A DNA stretch of 64,000 nt, taken from Stegostoma tigrinum. Its lineage: Eukaryota. Position 1 is the stretch's first letter. Each line of letters begins with the position of its first letter. The position numbers and the translations under genes were made by a program. The stretch lies in the NCBI RefSeq assembly GCF_030684315.1, contig NC_081387.1, forward strand, positions 5,746,497-5,810,496, read 5' to 3'. Shown here piece by piece: positions 24,730 to 38,709 of this stretch. Under the pieces are notes generated by a model. It did no database searches and had not been told where the DNA came from. It was given only the letters and a program-made list of their open reading frames with translations.

Positions 24730-25660
24730 AAAAAATCTGAATGCTAGAAATCAGAAACTAAAACAGAAATTGTTGGGGAGAAAAGAAATCAGATCTGGCA
24801 GAATCTGTGGAGAGAAAGTAGAGTTAACATTTCGGGTCCAGTGACTCTTCTGGACCTGAAACATCAACTCTGCTTTCTCTTCACATCTAATGCTAGAGCT
24901 GCTCAGTTTTCCCAGCAGGTTTTATTTTTGTCGAGGATACTGGTAGCCAGACTATCCTTAGAAATTAAAACAGATGTTGAGACAAGAAAGGGGGGAGTCA
25001 GATATTGACCAGCTGAAGGTGAGAGCAGGGTGAAAACTGGAAACTGGTTTTTACAATTCTGGATGAGAGAGGGAATCAACATTGACAATGTCATAGCTGT
25101 ACCAGAGAGAGAGTTCAAGATTGGGATCTGAATAGGATTGTAACTGGGAATATTTCATGTACCCCATAAAGAGACAGGTGTAACTGGAGTGTAATTAATT
25201 ACACCACAGCAGAAGAACAGCATCTCACTTACCACCTGGGGACCCTGTAGCCTTCAGACTGCAATGTCATGTTCAGTAATGGTAGGACCTAAACATGTTC
25301 CTCCACATCCCTCATCCCTCTACTCTAGGCCTTGTCATCACATCAGCTCCTTTCAGTGCAGCCAACCCATTTGCACGTCTTTATAGTCCCTACTAATAGA
25401 TTTTCTCCTTTCTTGGCATACCATCATCCATCCTTTTGTTTGCCTGATTGCCCGCGTCTCCCTCAGGGCTCTGTCTTTACCTATCTTTACTCGATGAACC
25501 GCCCCCACCTCTCCCACATCCTTTCATGGGCATAGGAAATACCTTTTTTTAAAAATGACTAGTCCTGATAAATGGTCACTGGACCCGAAACATTGTCTTT
25601 GCTTTCTCTCACCTCGGTCTCTACAATGCTGCCAAATCTGCTGACATTCTACACCAATTT
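24730..25660. mobile_element. Penelope-like fragments (hairpin end, RT piece on minus, 3' end on plus)
   Basis: Homology to the 48137-50194 element and to terminal motifs. Confidence 0.6.
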
Positions 25661-25934
25661 CTGAGGAATTTAATCTGGTTCTTTGTCATGTGACCTGTAC
25701 AAACTGGAGGGGTTAAACCCTTAATCCGGCTGGAACAGACATCCTCACAGGGTGATTCGATTGGGGTGGGTTTATACCAGCTTGTCAGGGGCATGGTATG
25801 CTTGCTGTGGGGCATGGTGTTAATTAGGCGATGAGAGTATGTTCTAACATGGGCAATACAGCTACCATGGCTGACTTCAAGCTGCAGATGGACTAGATAA
25901 AACAAATGAGTACTAAAAACAATGGAAGACAAAA

Positions 25935-26500
25935 TTTTATTTCAATTCCCTCATGGCATATGGGTGTCATTGGCTGGGTTTGGGTTTATTGCCTATCCTT
26001 AGTGACCCTTAAGAAGCTGGTGGTGAGCTGATTTCTTGAATATATGCAGTCCATCTGCTATAGGTAAATCCACAATGCCAGGAGGTAGGCAATTGCAGGA
26101 TTTTGATTCAGAAAAGTAATGATGATACAGTTCCAAATCACAGTAGTGAATGCCTTCAAGGGGAAATAGTAGATAGTGTGCTTCTGAGTATCTGTAAATC
26201 TAGAAGGAAATGGTAACGGCTTTGCAAGGTGTTGTCTCAGGATCTTTAATTTCTGTGGTTCATCTTGTAGATAGTACACAATCGTGCAACGGATCATCGC
26301 AGGTGGAGAGAGTGGATGTGGTGACAATTAAACAGTTTGCTTTGTCCTGGATAATTTGAAACTTAAGTGGTGTTCTTAAGAGTATTTTAAGTATACGGGG
26401 AGTATTCCACTACACTCCTGACTTGTGCCTTGTAGATGGTAGACAGACTTTGGATTTAGAAAGTGAGTTACACAGTGCAATATTCCTCAACTTAATGAGG
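25935..26500 (-). mobile_element. L2/CR1-group LINE 3' fragment
   Basis: Reverse complement of the tail seen at 18915-19245. Confidence 0.65.
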
Positions 26501-26559
26501 TGGGCTTGTCGAGTTAGTCAACCAACTAGAGCATTTCATTTTAATCTAGTTTTTGTAAT

Positions 26560-28530
26560 GCAAGTGTGCAAAATAATCATCTTGTTCTTAAACAACCTAC
26601 TGGAGTGAGTCGTTACTGATAGAATGTTACATTATGTATGCAAATGAAGTTCATTCTGAATCAAAAATGTTAAATTTTAATAAAGGAAATGATGAAGGCA
26701 TGAGTGAGAAATGGTTGAAGTGAATTGGAAAAATACTGTATAAGGCATGACTGTACAAAGGCAATGGCTAGTTTTTAAAAGGTTTGTTGCATGGCTTACA
26801 GCAATCATCTATTCCTTCATGCTACAAAACCACAAAAAAGGTCAGTGAACTGTGGCAATCCAGAAGTTCTGGATTGCCTAGGATTAAAAAGGAAAGATCC
26901 AAAAGGTTGCTCGTAATAGCAGTAATTCTAAGGATAGGGAGGTTTATAGAATGCATTGACAGAGGACCGGGCGACTGTTTAATTATTAATTCAATCTGGC
27001 AAATAAAATATTTAAGAGTCTGTGAAAGCTTGTATAGATATGTAAAACGAAAACACACGATCAAAATGAAGTTGAATGTGATAGATAATTTATATTGGGG
27101 AACAAAGAAATGGCAGAGAAGTTTGTGTATATTTTCGATGAGAAATATACCAGATGTCTCCTGAAATAAGAGACCCAGTAATGACTGACAATGAGAAGTT
27201 GAAGAGAACTAACATTGCGAAGAAGATTTATACTAGAGAGCATAAGGTCATACTGGAGATATTAATGCAGCTTAAAAATGGATAAATCCCAAGAACCTTG
27301 TCGTCTTCATCCCAACGTGTTTGAAGTAATAAAATGTGAGGCTGGATGAACACAGCAGGCCAAGCAGCATCTCAGGAGCACAAAAGCTGACGTTTCGGGC
27401 CTAGACCCTTCATCAGAGAGGGGGATGGGGGGAGGGAACTGGAATAAATAGGGAGAGAGGGGGAGGTGGACCGAAGATGGAGAGTAAAGAAGATAGGTGG
27501 AGAGAGTGTAGGTGGGGAGGTAGGGAGGGGATAGGTCAGTCCAGGGAAGACGGACAGGTCAAGGAGGTGGGATGAGGTTAGTAGGTAGCGGGGGGTGCGG
27601 CTTGGGGTGGGAGGAAGGGATGGGTGAGAGGAAGAACCGGTTAGGGAGGCAGAGACAGGTTGGACTGGTTTTGGGATGCAGTGGGTGGGGGGGAAGAGCT
27701 GGGCTGGTTGTGTGGTGCAGTGGGGGGAGGGGACGAACTGGGCTGGTTGAGGGATGCAGTAGGGGAAGGGGAGATTTTGAAACTGGTGAAGTCCACATTG
27801 ATACCATATGGCTGCAGGGTTCCCAGGCGGAATATGAGTTGCTGTTCCTGCAACCTTCGGGTGGCATCATTGTGGCAGTGCAGGAGGCCCATGATGGACA
27901 TGTCATCAAGAGAATGGGAGGGGGAGTGGAAATGGTTTGCGACTGGGAGGTGCAGTTGTTTTTTGCAGTAGGTGGCTATAGACATAACTGGTATGTTCTT
28001 ATTATCTTTTCTTGCTGGTTGGAAAGTAGTGAATGTCACTCCATTACTTAAGAAGACTGAGAGAGAAAACAAGGAATTACAGAAGTGTTAGGCTCACATT
28101 AGTAATAGAAAAACTGCTAGAATATATTGTGAAAGATGAGATAAATACATACCTGGGTGTTGAAAATTGATTTGGACCTGGTCAGCATGGGTTTACAAAA
28201 GGAAAATTATCTGACAAAATTGTTGAAGTTTCCTTAAAACAGAATTTTAAAAGGAGCCATTGATGTAGTATACTTAATTTTCAAAATACGTTTGAAAAAC
28301 TTGCCTTAGAAGGCTGGTTAGAAAGATTAAAGCACATGGGATAGGAGATAACACACTGGCATTGATTAATGGTTGGTGAATAGACAGGAACCAGTGTCAG
28401 TATAAACGGTCATTCTCATATTGGTAGGTTGTGCTTCAAGGAATAGTACAAAGATCAGTACTTGGGTTCCAGCTGTTCACAATATATGTCAAGGATTTGG
28501 AGGTGAGGACCGAATCTAATGTTTCCAATT
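26560..28530 (+). mobile_element. Degraded CR1 ORF2, split by a Penelope insertion
   Basis: DKSQEP, QHGF (ggtcagcatgggtttac), VLGFQLFTIYVKDL. Confidence 0.7.
27327..27965 (-). mobile_element. Young 5'-truncated Penelope-like element (3' end)
   Basis: QLHLPVANHFHSPSHSLDDMSIMGLLHC..QEQQLIFRLGTLQP; nearly identical to 48140-48780. Confidence 0.9.
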
Positions 28531-28789
28531 GCACCTCATATCAACATAGGAATGGGAGTAGGCCATTTCGCCCCTTTAGCCTATTCCACCATTCATTGCT
28601 GACTTGTGGCCTGAACCTATATCCCTGCCATGGGCTCATACCCCTTGGCATCTTTAATAAAAATCTGTCCATTTCAGATGTAGCAATCTACAACTACTCA
28701 AGTAAAATCAAGGCATTAAAAAGGAAAGCCAGAAATATGAGCACTGTACGTAAAATAAACATTGCACAGAAACTGTCCAAAAGGCAATG

Positions 28790-30150
28790 TACTCTGGGAA
28801 TACCTAGCCAAGACACTACGAGACACATATTCCCCTCCCCTGTCCACCTGCCAAAAGGATGGGTCCCTCCACAAAAATCACATCCACTCTTCCTTCACTC
28901 CAACATCCCCCCCCCTCCGTCCAAGGCACCTTCCCTATCATTTACCTCCTCCCTCTTCAGTATCCAACAGCCCAAACATACCGACCAGGTTAAGCAGCAC
29001 TTTACTTGCACTCCATGCAATCTAGTCTATTGCATTCGCTGCTCACAATGTGGTCTCCTCGACATTGGGGAAACAAAGCATAGACCAGTCGACTGCTTCA
29101 CCAAATATATACGTTCTGTCCACAAGACCCTGCGCTTCCAGTTGTCTGCCACTTTAACACACCTCCTTGGCTAACATCTCTGTCTCAGTGCAAGTTGGAA
29201 GAACACCTCATTTTCCACTTGGGGACCCTGCAGCCCTCCAGACTCTCAATAGAGTTCAATAATTATAGAGGATGAACTCTCCCATGTCTTAGCCCCCTAC
29301 CCCACACACCAGGCCTTGTTATCATGGTCTACCATTATGCACTACCTATTGTTAGCCACTGATAGTCTCCATTAACAGCTATTCACCCTCCCAGCCAGAA
29401 CATTACTGACTCCTTTGTCTGTCCGATTGTTGTTCTCTCTCTCTCTGTCCCTTCCTGTTGTTGACTCCTTATCCCCAGCCCCCGTTCTATCTTCTGTATA
29501 TAAACTGTGGGTTGAGAGGATGTATAGTCCAGGTAGCTGCAGGAATCAGTGGGTTTGTAATGGATATTAGTGGCCAGTTTATCTCCAGAAATGGAAACAG
29601 AAATGTCAAGAAGGGAAGGGAGGAGTCAGAGATAGACCAGGTGAAAAAGTGAGAGCAGGTTGGAAATTGGAGGTGAAATTGATGAAGTTTTCCAATTCCA
29701 GATGAGGGGGAAGCAGCACTGATGATATCACCGATGTTTGAGAGAAAGAGTTGTGGGTGGGGGCCGGAATAGAACCAGAACAAGGAATGTTCCACATACC
29801 CCATGAAGAGACAGGCATAATTGAGGCCCATGCAGGTATCCATGGCCACCCCTCTTACCTGAAGAAAATGAGAGGAGTTGAAAGAGAAGTTGTTGAGGGT
29901 GAGGACAAGCTCGGCCAAGCGGAGGTGGGTGGTGGTGGGTGGGGATGGTTCAGGTCTTTGCTCCATCAAGAAGCGGAGAGCCCTCAGACCTTCCTGGTGG
30001 GGAACGGATGTGTAAAGGGATTGCACATCCATGGTAAAGAGGAGGTGGCTGGAGCTGATAAACTGCAAGTTTTGAAACTGGCGCAAGGCGTCAGATGAAT
30101 CATCAATATATGTGGGTAAGGACTGTACCGGGGTGGGGGGGAGACTGAGT
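28790..30150. mobile_element. Penelope-like fragments: GIY-YIG part (plus) and RT part (minus)
   Basis: NLVYCIRCSQCGLLDIGETK (plus); FTMDVQSLYTS..LTLNNFSF..GVAMDT (minus). Confidence 0.85.
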
Positions 30151-30445
30151 CAATCTTCGGAAACTTGAATACTTCCCAGACCCTCCGCTTCCGAATTCTT
30201 GGTCTGCTCTTTTTCCCTCCCTTTCATCCATCCTTCCATCGGCAGGCAGCCATCTGTTAGTCAAGGTTTGCATTCTTTAATAAATGTTTTAAATCATTTC
30301 CCGTCCACCCTCCGGCTCTAATACTCCCCTGTCATTACCACATCTTCACCCTCACTGCCCGCTCGTGAACGGAGAGACGAGGAATGCAACACTACCCACC
30401 GCCGTCTCTCTCAACGCGCATGCTCCAAAGACGCCGAGGCAGTGC

Positions 30446-30572
30446 CAGAGATAACGGGAACTGCAGATGCTGGAGAATTCCAAGATAATAAAATGTGAGG
30501 CTGGATGAACATAGCAGGCCAAGCAGCATCTCAGATAAAATGTGAGGCTGGATGAACACAGGAGGCCAACCA
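30446..30572. mobile_element. Penelope-terminus insert with partial tandem end
   Basis: aaaatgtgaggctggatgaaca occurs twice; GAGGCAGTGC duplicated at 30436-30445 and 30573-30582. Confidence 0.8.
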
Positions 30573-30899
30573 GAGGCAGTGCGTCTGCACACCGCACGCG
30601 TGGCCTGGATAGAGGAAATTCTCAACCGCGGGGACTTCTGGGTATATAAACTAGCCATTATTATTTAGCCCCTTTCGTTAGATGAGGAGTGTGGGCGGAG
30701 AGATGGCGTTTGCATTCAGTAAAACTTGGAACTAAATTATTCTTGAATAGTGGGAGCAAAGAACAGAGAAGTGTAAATGTTCCGAGAGTGTTTTGAAGTA
30801 AATTTTCAACATCTTTGTTCAGTTTGAAAAGACTGCAAGACTTCAGAAGTGGGCAACGTTTTCATTGGGGAACACTTAAAGGCGGTAGTCATTCTATAA

Positions 30900-33380
30900 T
30901 GAGTTTCGGGCCGATTAAGGCAAAGGACGTTGAACAGTAAGAAGTGATCGTACGAACAGGAAGATTGATTGCTTCAATACATGTCTTGATAACTAGCCGA
31001 GGAGGCAAGACATCAGATTTGAGGAATTCAGTCCAGTTGTGGGGAAGGTGGAACCTGTACAAGCTAGACAAGATACACCTCAACTATTCCCACTCGGAGA
31101 TTTGCTAGTGCTGTTGGACTGGGTTTAATCAGACCATTGCGGATTCAGACCTAATTGGAAGAACATAATGTTGATAACAGGAAATAGAAAAGATGCAAGG
31201 AAGACTAGAAAGCAGGAGAGAGAAAGCTGAGCATCAAGTCTGGTTTGAAAGTGGAATGATTTCGAAAATATTACTTCAATGGCAATCTACCTGAATGCCT
31301 TATTGTGAATGCTATGTCCAATCAATTAAAAGGTTCAAATAGAGCTTATTGCTATGATCTAATTGTTATCATAAAAACAAAGGCAGCATGTCTATCAGGA
31401 CTGGGAACTGAATAGTCGAGGAAATTCGAAGATTAGGAAGAAATGACTAGTAGGAAATAAAGGTGATGTTGCAACTAAGTGATGTCATTAATGGACTAGT
31501 AGGGGAATGGCTCAGATAGGAAGTATGTGGGAGAGAGAGTAGGAACTGAAGAATCTGAGGTAACAAGGTGTAGAGCTGAATGAACACAGCAGGCCAAGCA
31601 GCACCAGAAGATCAGGAAGGCTGATCTTTCTAGCCTTAAGGGCCTAGGCCTGAAACGTCAGCCTACCTGCTCCTCTGACGCTGCTTGGCCTGCTGTCTTC
31701 ATCGAGCTCTACACCTTGTTATCTAGGGAATATATGGAATGTGTTTAGGTGTCGCTAAGAAACCTCAGGGGGCAGCCAACATCAATTAGATTCATTTATA
31801 GGTCTCTAAATAGTTATGGTAATACGTGGCATGGCGTTAATCAGGAGATGAGAGAAATATGTTATATGGACAGCACAGTGGGTTACTTCTATCTGCATAT
31901 ATAATGAAAAATACAACTAAGAACTGAAGCTGTGAAGAACTAGATTCTGGAGTCTGTTTAGGGTGATTTCTGAAATCAGTATGTTGAGAGCCAATGAGAG
32001 GATGCATTATTTCAGGTGTAGTATTTTGTGGTTTTTAAAAATGGCTAATTAATAATCTTGTTATTTTAAAAAAAGTCTTCAGGAGTGAGTGATCTTAAGA
32101 TAGTAGAATGTTATATAATCTTTGCAAGTGTGGTAGTTCATTCTAGCAAGGGTGTTAAAATTTTTCATAAGGGAAATTATGAAGGCCTATGGTCTGAATT
32201 CGTTTAGGTGTAATTGGAAAATAAATTAAAAGGCATGACACTGTACAGGCAATGGATTATCCCATAACTTGCAGCCACTATACATTCTGTCAACTTGTTA
32301 TGAAGAAAGAAGATGTCAGTCAACTGTGGCTATTAAAAGACTTTCATGAGTGTGTAAGAGTAAAAGCAAAGGCCTAGACAATTGCCAGAAATAATAGTAA
32401 TTCTCAGTATTGGACGTTTGTAGAATGCAACAAATTAGATGCAAAAACTGATAAGCAACAGGGGAATAAAATGCTCATGTACTCGGGCAAAATAAGATAA
32501 AAACAGATGGTAAACACCTATCAGATATATAAGATGGGAATGCTTGCCCAACACAAATAAAAGTAGGGTCAAGACAATTTAAAAATGGGAATAGACAAAT
32601 GGGAGAGAAGCTAAATGAGTGCCTTGTGTTTGTTTTTACCGAGGAAGATACCATCCGTCTCCAAAAATTTAAGATCCAAGTAACCAAGGAGAATAGAGTT
32701 AGAGGGAACTAACATTAGTAATAAGATTGTATTGGAGAAATTAATGAGGTTGGAAGTTGATAAATTCTCAATGTTTGGTAGTCTTCATCTCAGTATTGAA
32801 GGAAGAGGATGAGAGCTTTTTTGGAAGGTAAAAGGTGGAGACTTAGAATAAAGAGAGTGTGTTCCCATTTACTGAATTTGATGCATTATATTCTTGAATT
32901 CCTCAGAATACTGATCGAGCACTTTTTGTTCAGTCCAGTGGCACAGCAATTAGTAAAAGTTGAAATGGAATCAGACTGGCTTACTTTATGAAAGTTAGAA
33001 TTAATTCAGACCCCAAACAGTTGGGAAGGGATAGAGGACAGAAATATAGACAAATTTCAGTGTCATAGATTTCAACTTCAACTGTGATAGACTAAGTGCG
33101 AAAGGCTCAGAGGAGGTGGAATTCTTATAATGTATCCAGGAGAGCTTTCTAAGCCAACATGTAGAAAACCCTACAAGAGAAGAGGTGGTACTGTTTTGAG
33201 TGTTCTGGGTGTAGAAGCCAGACATGTAGCACAGGTGTCACTAAGAGGACATTTTGGTAATAGTGACCATAACTGAGTCAGATTTAAGATAGTTATGGAA
33301 AAGAACAAAAGGATAAAGTTAGACCTGAAACAAAGGTTCTGATTTGGGATAAGGTCAATTATAACATACTCAGACAGGAT
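30900..33380 (+). mobile_element. Old CR1 copies with ORF1 esterase remnant and ORF2 endonuclease
   Basis: RKID.FNT..W, WGRWNLYK..HLN ORF1-like remnants; endonuclease motifs; hairpin insert at about 31545-31723. Confidence 0.65.
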
Positions 33381-33384
33381 CCAG

Positions 33385-33710
33385 CTGCCTGAGTATCTAA
33401 CAATGATGAGTTGAACTACAAAAGAGAAATTGAGAGCTTGGTGCCATGGTCCAATGAAAACAATCTATTTCTCAATGTTGGTGAATCTGAAGAACTGATC
33501 ATTGACTTCAGAAAGAAAGGAGGAGAACATGACCCCATCTACATCCACAGAACTGAGGCTGAGAAGGTGAAGAGCATCAAGTTCTTGAGGTGACGATAAT
33601 GGACTGCCTGTCCTGGACTTCCAATGCAGATGTGACTGTCAAGAAGGCACATTAACTCCTCTTCTTCCTCAGGTGGCTCAGGAAATTTGACATGCCCATA
33701 AGGTCCCTCA
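33385..33710 (+). mobile_element. Rex1/L2-type LINE RT fragment
   Basis: YKREIESLVPWSNENNLFLNV..ELIIDFRK. Confidence 0.75.
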
Positions 33711-34869
33711 AACACTCTTTTTCTTCTCTAATTCCTATCTGTTTATAATAACAGTCTTTGACTGTTCATTGGTTTCCTTCTAAGACAATCCATTTATCCC
33801 TGGGATCAGCTCAGTGAATTTTTTCTGGATTGCCTCGAATGCCATCAGATTGGGGGCCAAAACTGTTGACAATGTTTCAACGTAGTCTAACTAGAACTTG
33901 TACAATTTTAGCAAAACCTTCACATTTTTACACTCCATTTCCTTTGAAATAAATCCCCTGACCTTTTACTCCTTCATGTTGCTGCTTAAAACCTACCACC
34001 TTAACTGCATGCGCTTTTGCAGGCTAGTGTTAAATATTTCCCAATAACATTCCTGTGTTTTGAGACCATTCATGACATTAAAATAGCTAGATAACTGGAA
34101 TCTGCTGTTGTTTTTCTGACTTTCCTCCTTGGGTTTATAGTCTTATACCATCAAAAAATACTCTCCTTAATCAACAGCAACACCCTTCCTCCTTTTCTTT
34201 ATTTAATATATTTCCAGGAACTCATCGCAGGTTCTTAGACAGCAGCTTCAAAACCTGTATATTCCACCTTCCATCCATGGCAGGGTTAAAGTTCATGAAC
34301 TTCATCCTGAACCCTACTGTGGATGTATCCATGCCACATTTATGGCAGCAGATCCAGAAGACAGCTCACCACTTCTGAAAGGCAACTATCGATGGAGAAT
34401 AAATGTCAACCTTACAAGCAATACTTACATCACAGATGTAAATAAAAGCCCCCCCCAATCTTGGGTATTCACTAACCAATCACAATCCTCTTTCAGCTGG
34501 AGATAACACGCTGTAAGCTGGAGGAATACAGCAGGCCAGGCAGCATCAGAGGAACAGGAAAGCTGACGTTTCGGGTCGGGACCCTTCTCTGAAGAAGATG
34601 CTGCCTGGCCTGCTGTGTTCCACTAGCCCCACATTGTGTTATCTCAGACTGCAGCATCAGTGGTTCTTACTACCTCTTTCAACCTGATTATGTCTGCGAC
34701 AGCCACAACATTGAATTTCAACACTGCAATTCACCTGTAATTGACCAGTCCTAATTACCAAACCTCATTCATTAATTTCCCTCCACAGTGACTCTGATTT
34801 AGGTGTTAAGAAGTCAATTGGCAAACTCCTCTTAGGTTACATTTACAGAGTTTCATTCCAGTACCTTAC

Positions 34870-34977
34870 CCCACTGGGAGAGCTTAGCCTCTGCCAGGCT
34901 GCTGAGTTCAATTTGACAGGCGTGTTGATCCTCATCTCCAGCACTGATCTCAATCTCTTTCTGGATCTGATGTGTTC
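34870..34977 (-). pseudogene. MHC class I alpha3 exon, 3' half only
   Basis: THQIQKEIEISAGDEDQHACQIELSSLAEAKLSQW followed by a GTAAG donor (34869-34865); paralogous to 47665-47760. Confidence 0.85.
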
Positions 34978-34979
34978 AC

Positions 34980-37060
34980 ACTCCCCACCAACACCTCCAC
35001 CACAACTGATACTCTCCTTTGCAAACGCAGGAGGTGCTATACCTGCTCCTACACCTCCACTCCCACCTCTGTCCAAGGCCCCAAACAATCCTTCCAAATC
35101 TGACAGAGATTCACCTGCACTTCATCTAATCTGATTTATGGTATCCATTGCTCCCGAGGTGGTGTCCTCAATAGTGGGGAGACCAAATGCAGACTTCGGG
35201 ACTATTTTGCGAAGCATCTGCACTCTGTGCACACCAACAAACCCAACCTTCTGGTTGCCACCCACTTTATCTCCCCCTCCCACTCCCCTGGTGACATGTC
35301 CATCCTTGGCCTCCTCCATTACCAGAGCAAGGTCAAATGTAAACTGGAGGAACAACATCTCATATTTTGTCTTGGGAGCTTACAGCCCAATGGTGTGAAT
35401 ATTGACTTGATCAGTTTCAAAACATTTCCCCCCACATCCTGTCCATCTTCTAATTCACATATCTGCTCCACTCTTCCCAATAAGCAATTATAATAACCTC
35501 CAACCTGCGTCACCAGCTTCAAAATCTCTCCACTCCAAACTTGCCCATCTTTCTACTCACCTGTCTGTTCCACCATTCCCACTGACAAACCCCAATAACC
35601 CCCTAACTGCATGCACCTATCTCCATCTACCATCTACCAACCCTCTCGCCAACCCTACCAGGGGATTTCTGGGCTCCCCTCTATCTCGCCAGTCCTGATG
35701 AAGGGATTTGACCTGAAATGTTGCTTTCCTGCTCCTCTGATGCTGTCTGACCTGCTGTGTTTTGCTAGATCTAGATTTATTGATTCTGGCTTTCAGCATC
35801 TGCAGCCCTGACTGTTTCCACATACAAAGGATTGTCAGCAGCCATTCTGTCACTTTCAGTGGGATACCATGACCAGACGCATATTCCCATTCCCTCCTTG
35901 AAAGCATTTTATAGTGTTACTCTGGTCTAGTTCTCCACCATTCCTAATACCATCTCACACTCCCAACAGTACTTCCCTAAAAAATTGCAGAAGGTATAAT
36001 TTGCGTTTGTTTATTTTCTTCCTCCTCAATATCCAAGGCCCTCAGACACACCTCCCTGATGATGCAGCAATTCATTTACGGTTAATTCAACCTGGCCTAC
36101 TGTGGTCACAATGTGGTCTCCTTGACATGGGCAATATGAAATACAGACTAGGTGACTGCTTTGCAGAAGACCTAGGTTCTGTCTGTAAAAATGACCCCGA
36201 GTTTCCTGTTGCCTGCCACTTCAATACACTACCATGCTCCCTTGCCAACATTTCTGTCACAGGCCTGTAGCAGGGTTCCAGCGAGCCTCAGCACAGCTCA
36301 AAGAACAGCAGTTCATAATTTTTGCTCTGAGGAATGGTCATCAGACTCAAAACGTTAACTCTGATTTTTTTCTTCACAGATGCTGCCAGGCCTGCTGGGC
36401 TTTTCCAGCAACTTTATTTCTGAGCAGCTTATTTTCTGCTTGGGGACACTGCAACCCCTAGGACCAAACATCAAGGCCAATAACTTCAGAAACTAATTCC
36501 ATTCTTCCATGTTACCCACCCAACACTCGGCCCTGTTATGACGTGATCTGTTCTGAGGAAGGGCCACCGGACCCTAAACGCTAACTCTGATTTTTTCTTA
36601 AAAACCGAAAGAACTGGGGATAGAGTTCACGGATGCCGAGCTTTTGCAGCAACTTCTGTTTTTTTGTTCCTGTTATGCTTTAAGTATAATCGCTCATTCT
36701 CACCTCCGCCTCACCCTGTCATCACATTATATTGGTTGCTTTCACGACAACCTCGTCCATTTTCTCCTTCTCTTAGCTCATATTATTATTTAAACAGCTA
36801 GTCTTCTGTCCAGGCCTGCTATCCATCTTCTCCTTGGTTACCTAAATCTTTCACATCCATCTCTGGACTCCATGTCCACCTTCCCCAACCTTGTCTTTAG
36901 TATAAATACCACTCCTCCTACCGGCTAATAGTTCAAATGAAGACACACTGGATTGCAAGTGTTAATTCTGCTTTCTTCCCACAGATGCTGCCAAACTTGT
37001 TGTGTCTTGCTTGCAATTTTTGTTCTTATTTTAGATCTTCAGCATCCACAGTTTTTTGTT
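34980..37060 (+). mobile_element. Stacked Penelope-like fragments and termini
   Basis: VATHFISPSHSPGDMSILGLL..LEEQHLIF; QCGLLDMG..YRLGDCFAE; several CTGA(T/G)GA..GAAA-type ends. Confidence 0.8.
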
Positions 37061-38709
37061 TTAATTTATTTGTACTTTGAATATTTCTGCAGCACCCCCT
37101 TACCTATCCTTACAGATCTTAAAGCTGCTCTTGATTCCAGTGGTAAGGAGGACTCAAGCTGTTTTTGTTAATGTTTTGCTTCATCAAATTTAGGAACTGA
37201 GTGGAACCAAGGCCAATATCTATAATAATTTTATCTGGTAAGCCATGAACAGCTAACTTAGATCAGAACTCATCCAATATTTGTTCAGTATTAGTATACT
37301 TTTACTTTGTTCTACTTTAAGTTGCTATAATGACTATTAAGAACTTGTTGTTTCCTCATCACACTAAGAACTGTATGACCTCTTTAAAGTGGTCAACTTG
37401 GTTGTATTGCATCAAGGTTATAATGAGGCTTCTGGCTGCTTTTTTCTACTGTTTTGGTGCAGAGTATGTCTGTGTGCCATTCATTCTGGATTGCTGTCTA
37501 TACCAGGCCAATAAGCAAATAGCCATTGATTTTGCCACCAGCATTAATCCTATCATTTCCCAGCTATTTCAGGTCTGCTAAAGGGTCACTGAAATTGAAA
37601 CATTAACTCTGCTTTCTCTCCACTGAAGCTGCCAGACCTGCTGAATTTTTCCTGCACTCTCTGATTTTGTTTCAGGTTTCCGGCATCCACAGCACTTTGT
37701 TTTATTATGATGACTGGATCTTTCCTTTCCCACTACAAGTTCCTGTCTAGTCCTGAGCAGATGTCCTGGACCATGGTAATACATGGACAATGGAGCCATT
37801 TGGGATCTCAGCTTCAGAGCATGGTGTCAATCACCTTCATGAGATTGTATTGCACTATATTCCTTCCTATTCCCTGTTGCTGAATGGCTTCCTGGACCAT
37901 GATGCAACAGTCACATAGCTCATCTCACTGCAAACCCCACTCTCATCCAAACAAGTTGAAGGAACCTTAAACCTGAGGACAATAATAAAGACTGAGGGTA
38001 CTGACCCCTAACCTACCTCACTCATAGCCTTGCTGTCCTATCCCTTAACACTGGCCAAATCCAATGCTGAGAAGTGTGACCCCTCATAGGATCCATGAGC
38101 TGGTTTTTTTCCCCGAAAAGGGATGGCACTTTATATCCAGCAGACATGGCATCAGGTCCCAAAAATCCACCCATTCTTCACAATACAGGAGTCCTGTACA
38201 TAGGACACTCCTGTTGAATGGAACATAGACATCTGGCAGTGTCCAAACTCTATCAGTATGGTTTGTGCGTGTTTGTGTGCGTGTGTGTGTGCGTGTGTGT
38301 CCCAATGAGGCCCGGTCCAATCTATCACATGTCCCCAAAAACCTCACTGACCGCAGGCTGGAAGCACTCAATGGACTCTCAGCACTTGCAGCATTTTGCT
38401 GAGAGTTCCAGATTTACACCCCCATTTCCGTGAAGAAGAGCTTTCTGGTTTCACTCCAAAATGACCTCACTCTAATTGATGATGGTTCTCTCGTATTCCG
38501 GATTCCAACACCAAATATTGTATACTTCCATTAATGGGATGTTTTGAGACTTTACTGGAGAATGAAATCGGGTGAGGGCCAAACCAGCGTTTCAACCAAT
38601 CCCATCAATTTCAAATGAATGGGTTTTGTTTAAATTGTTCCCAATCAGCACAAACTGGGAAAGGATCCAGGAACAGAGACAATTCTAATATTATTCCAAT
38701 GTGTTTCAG

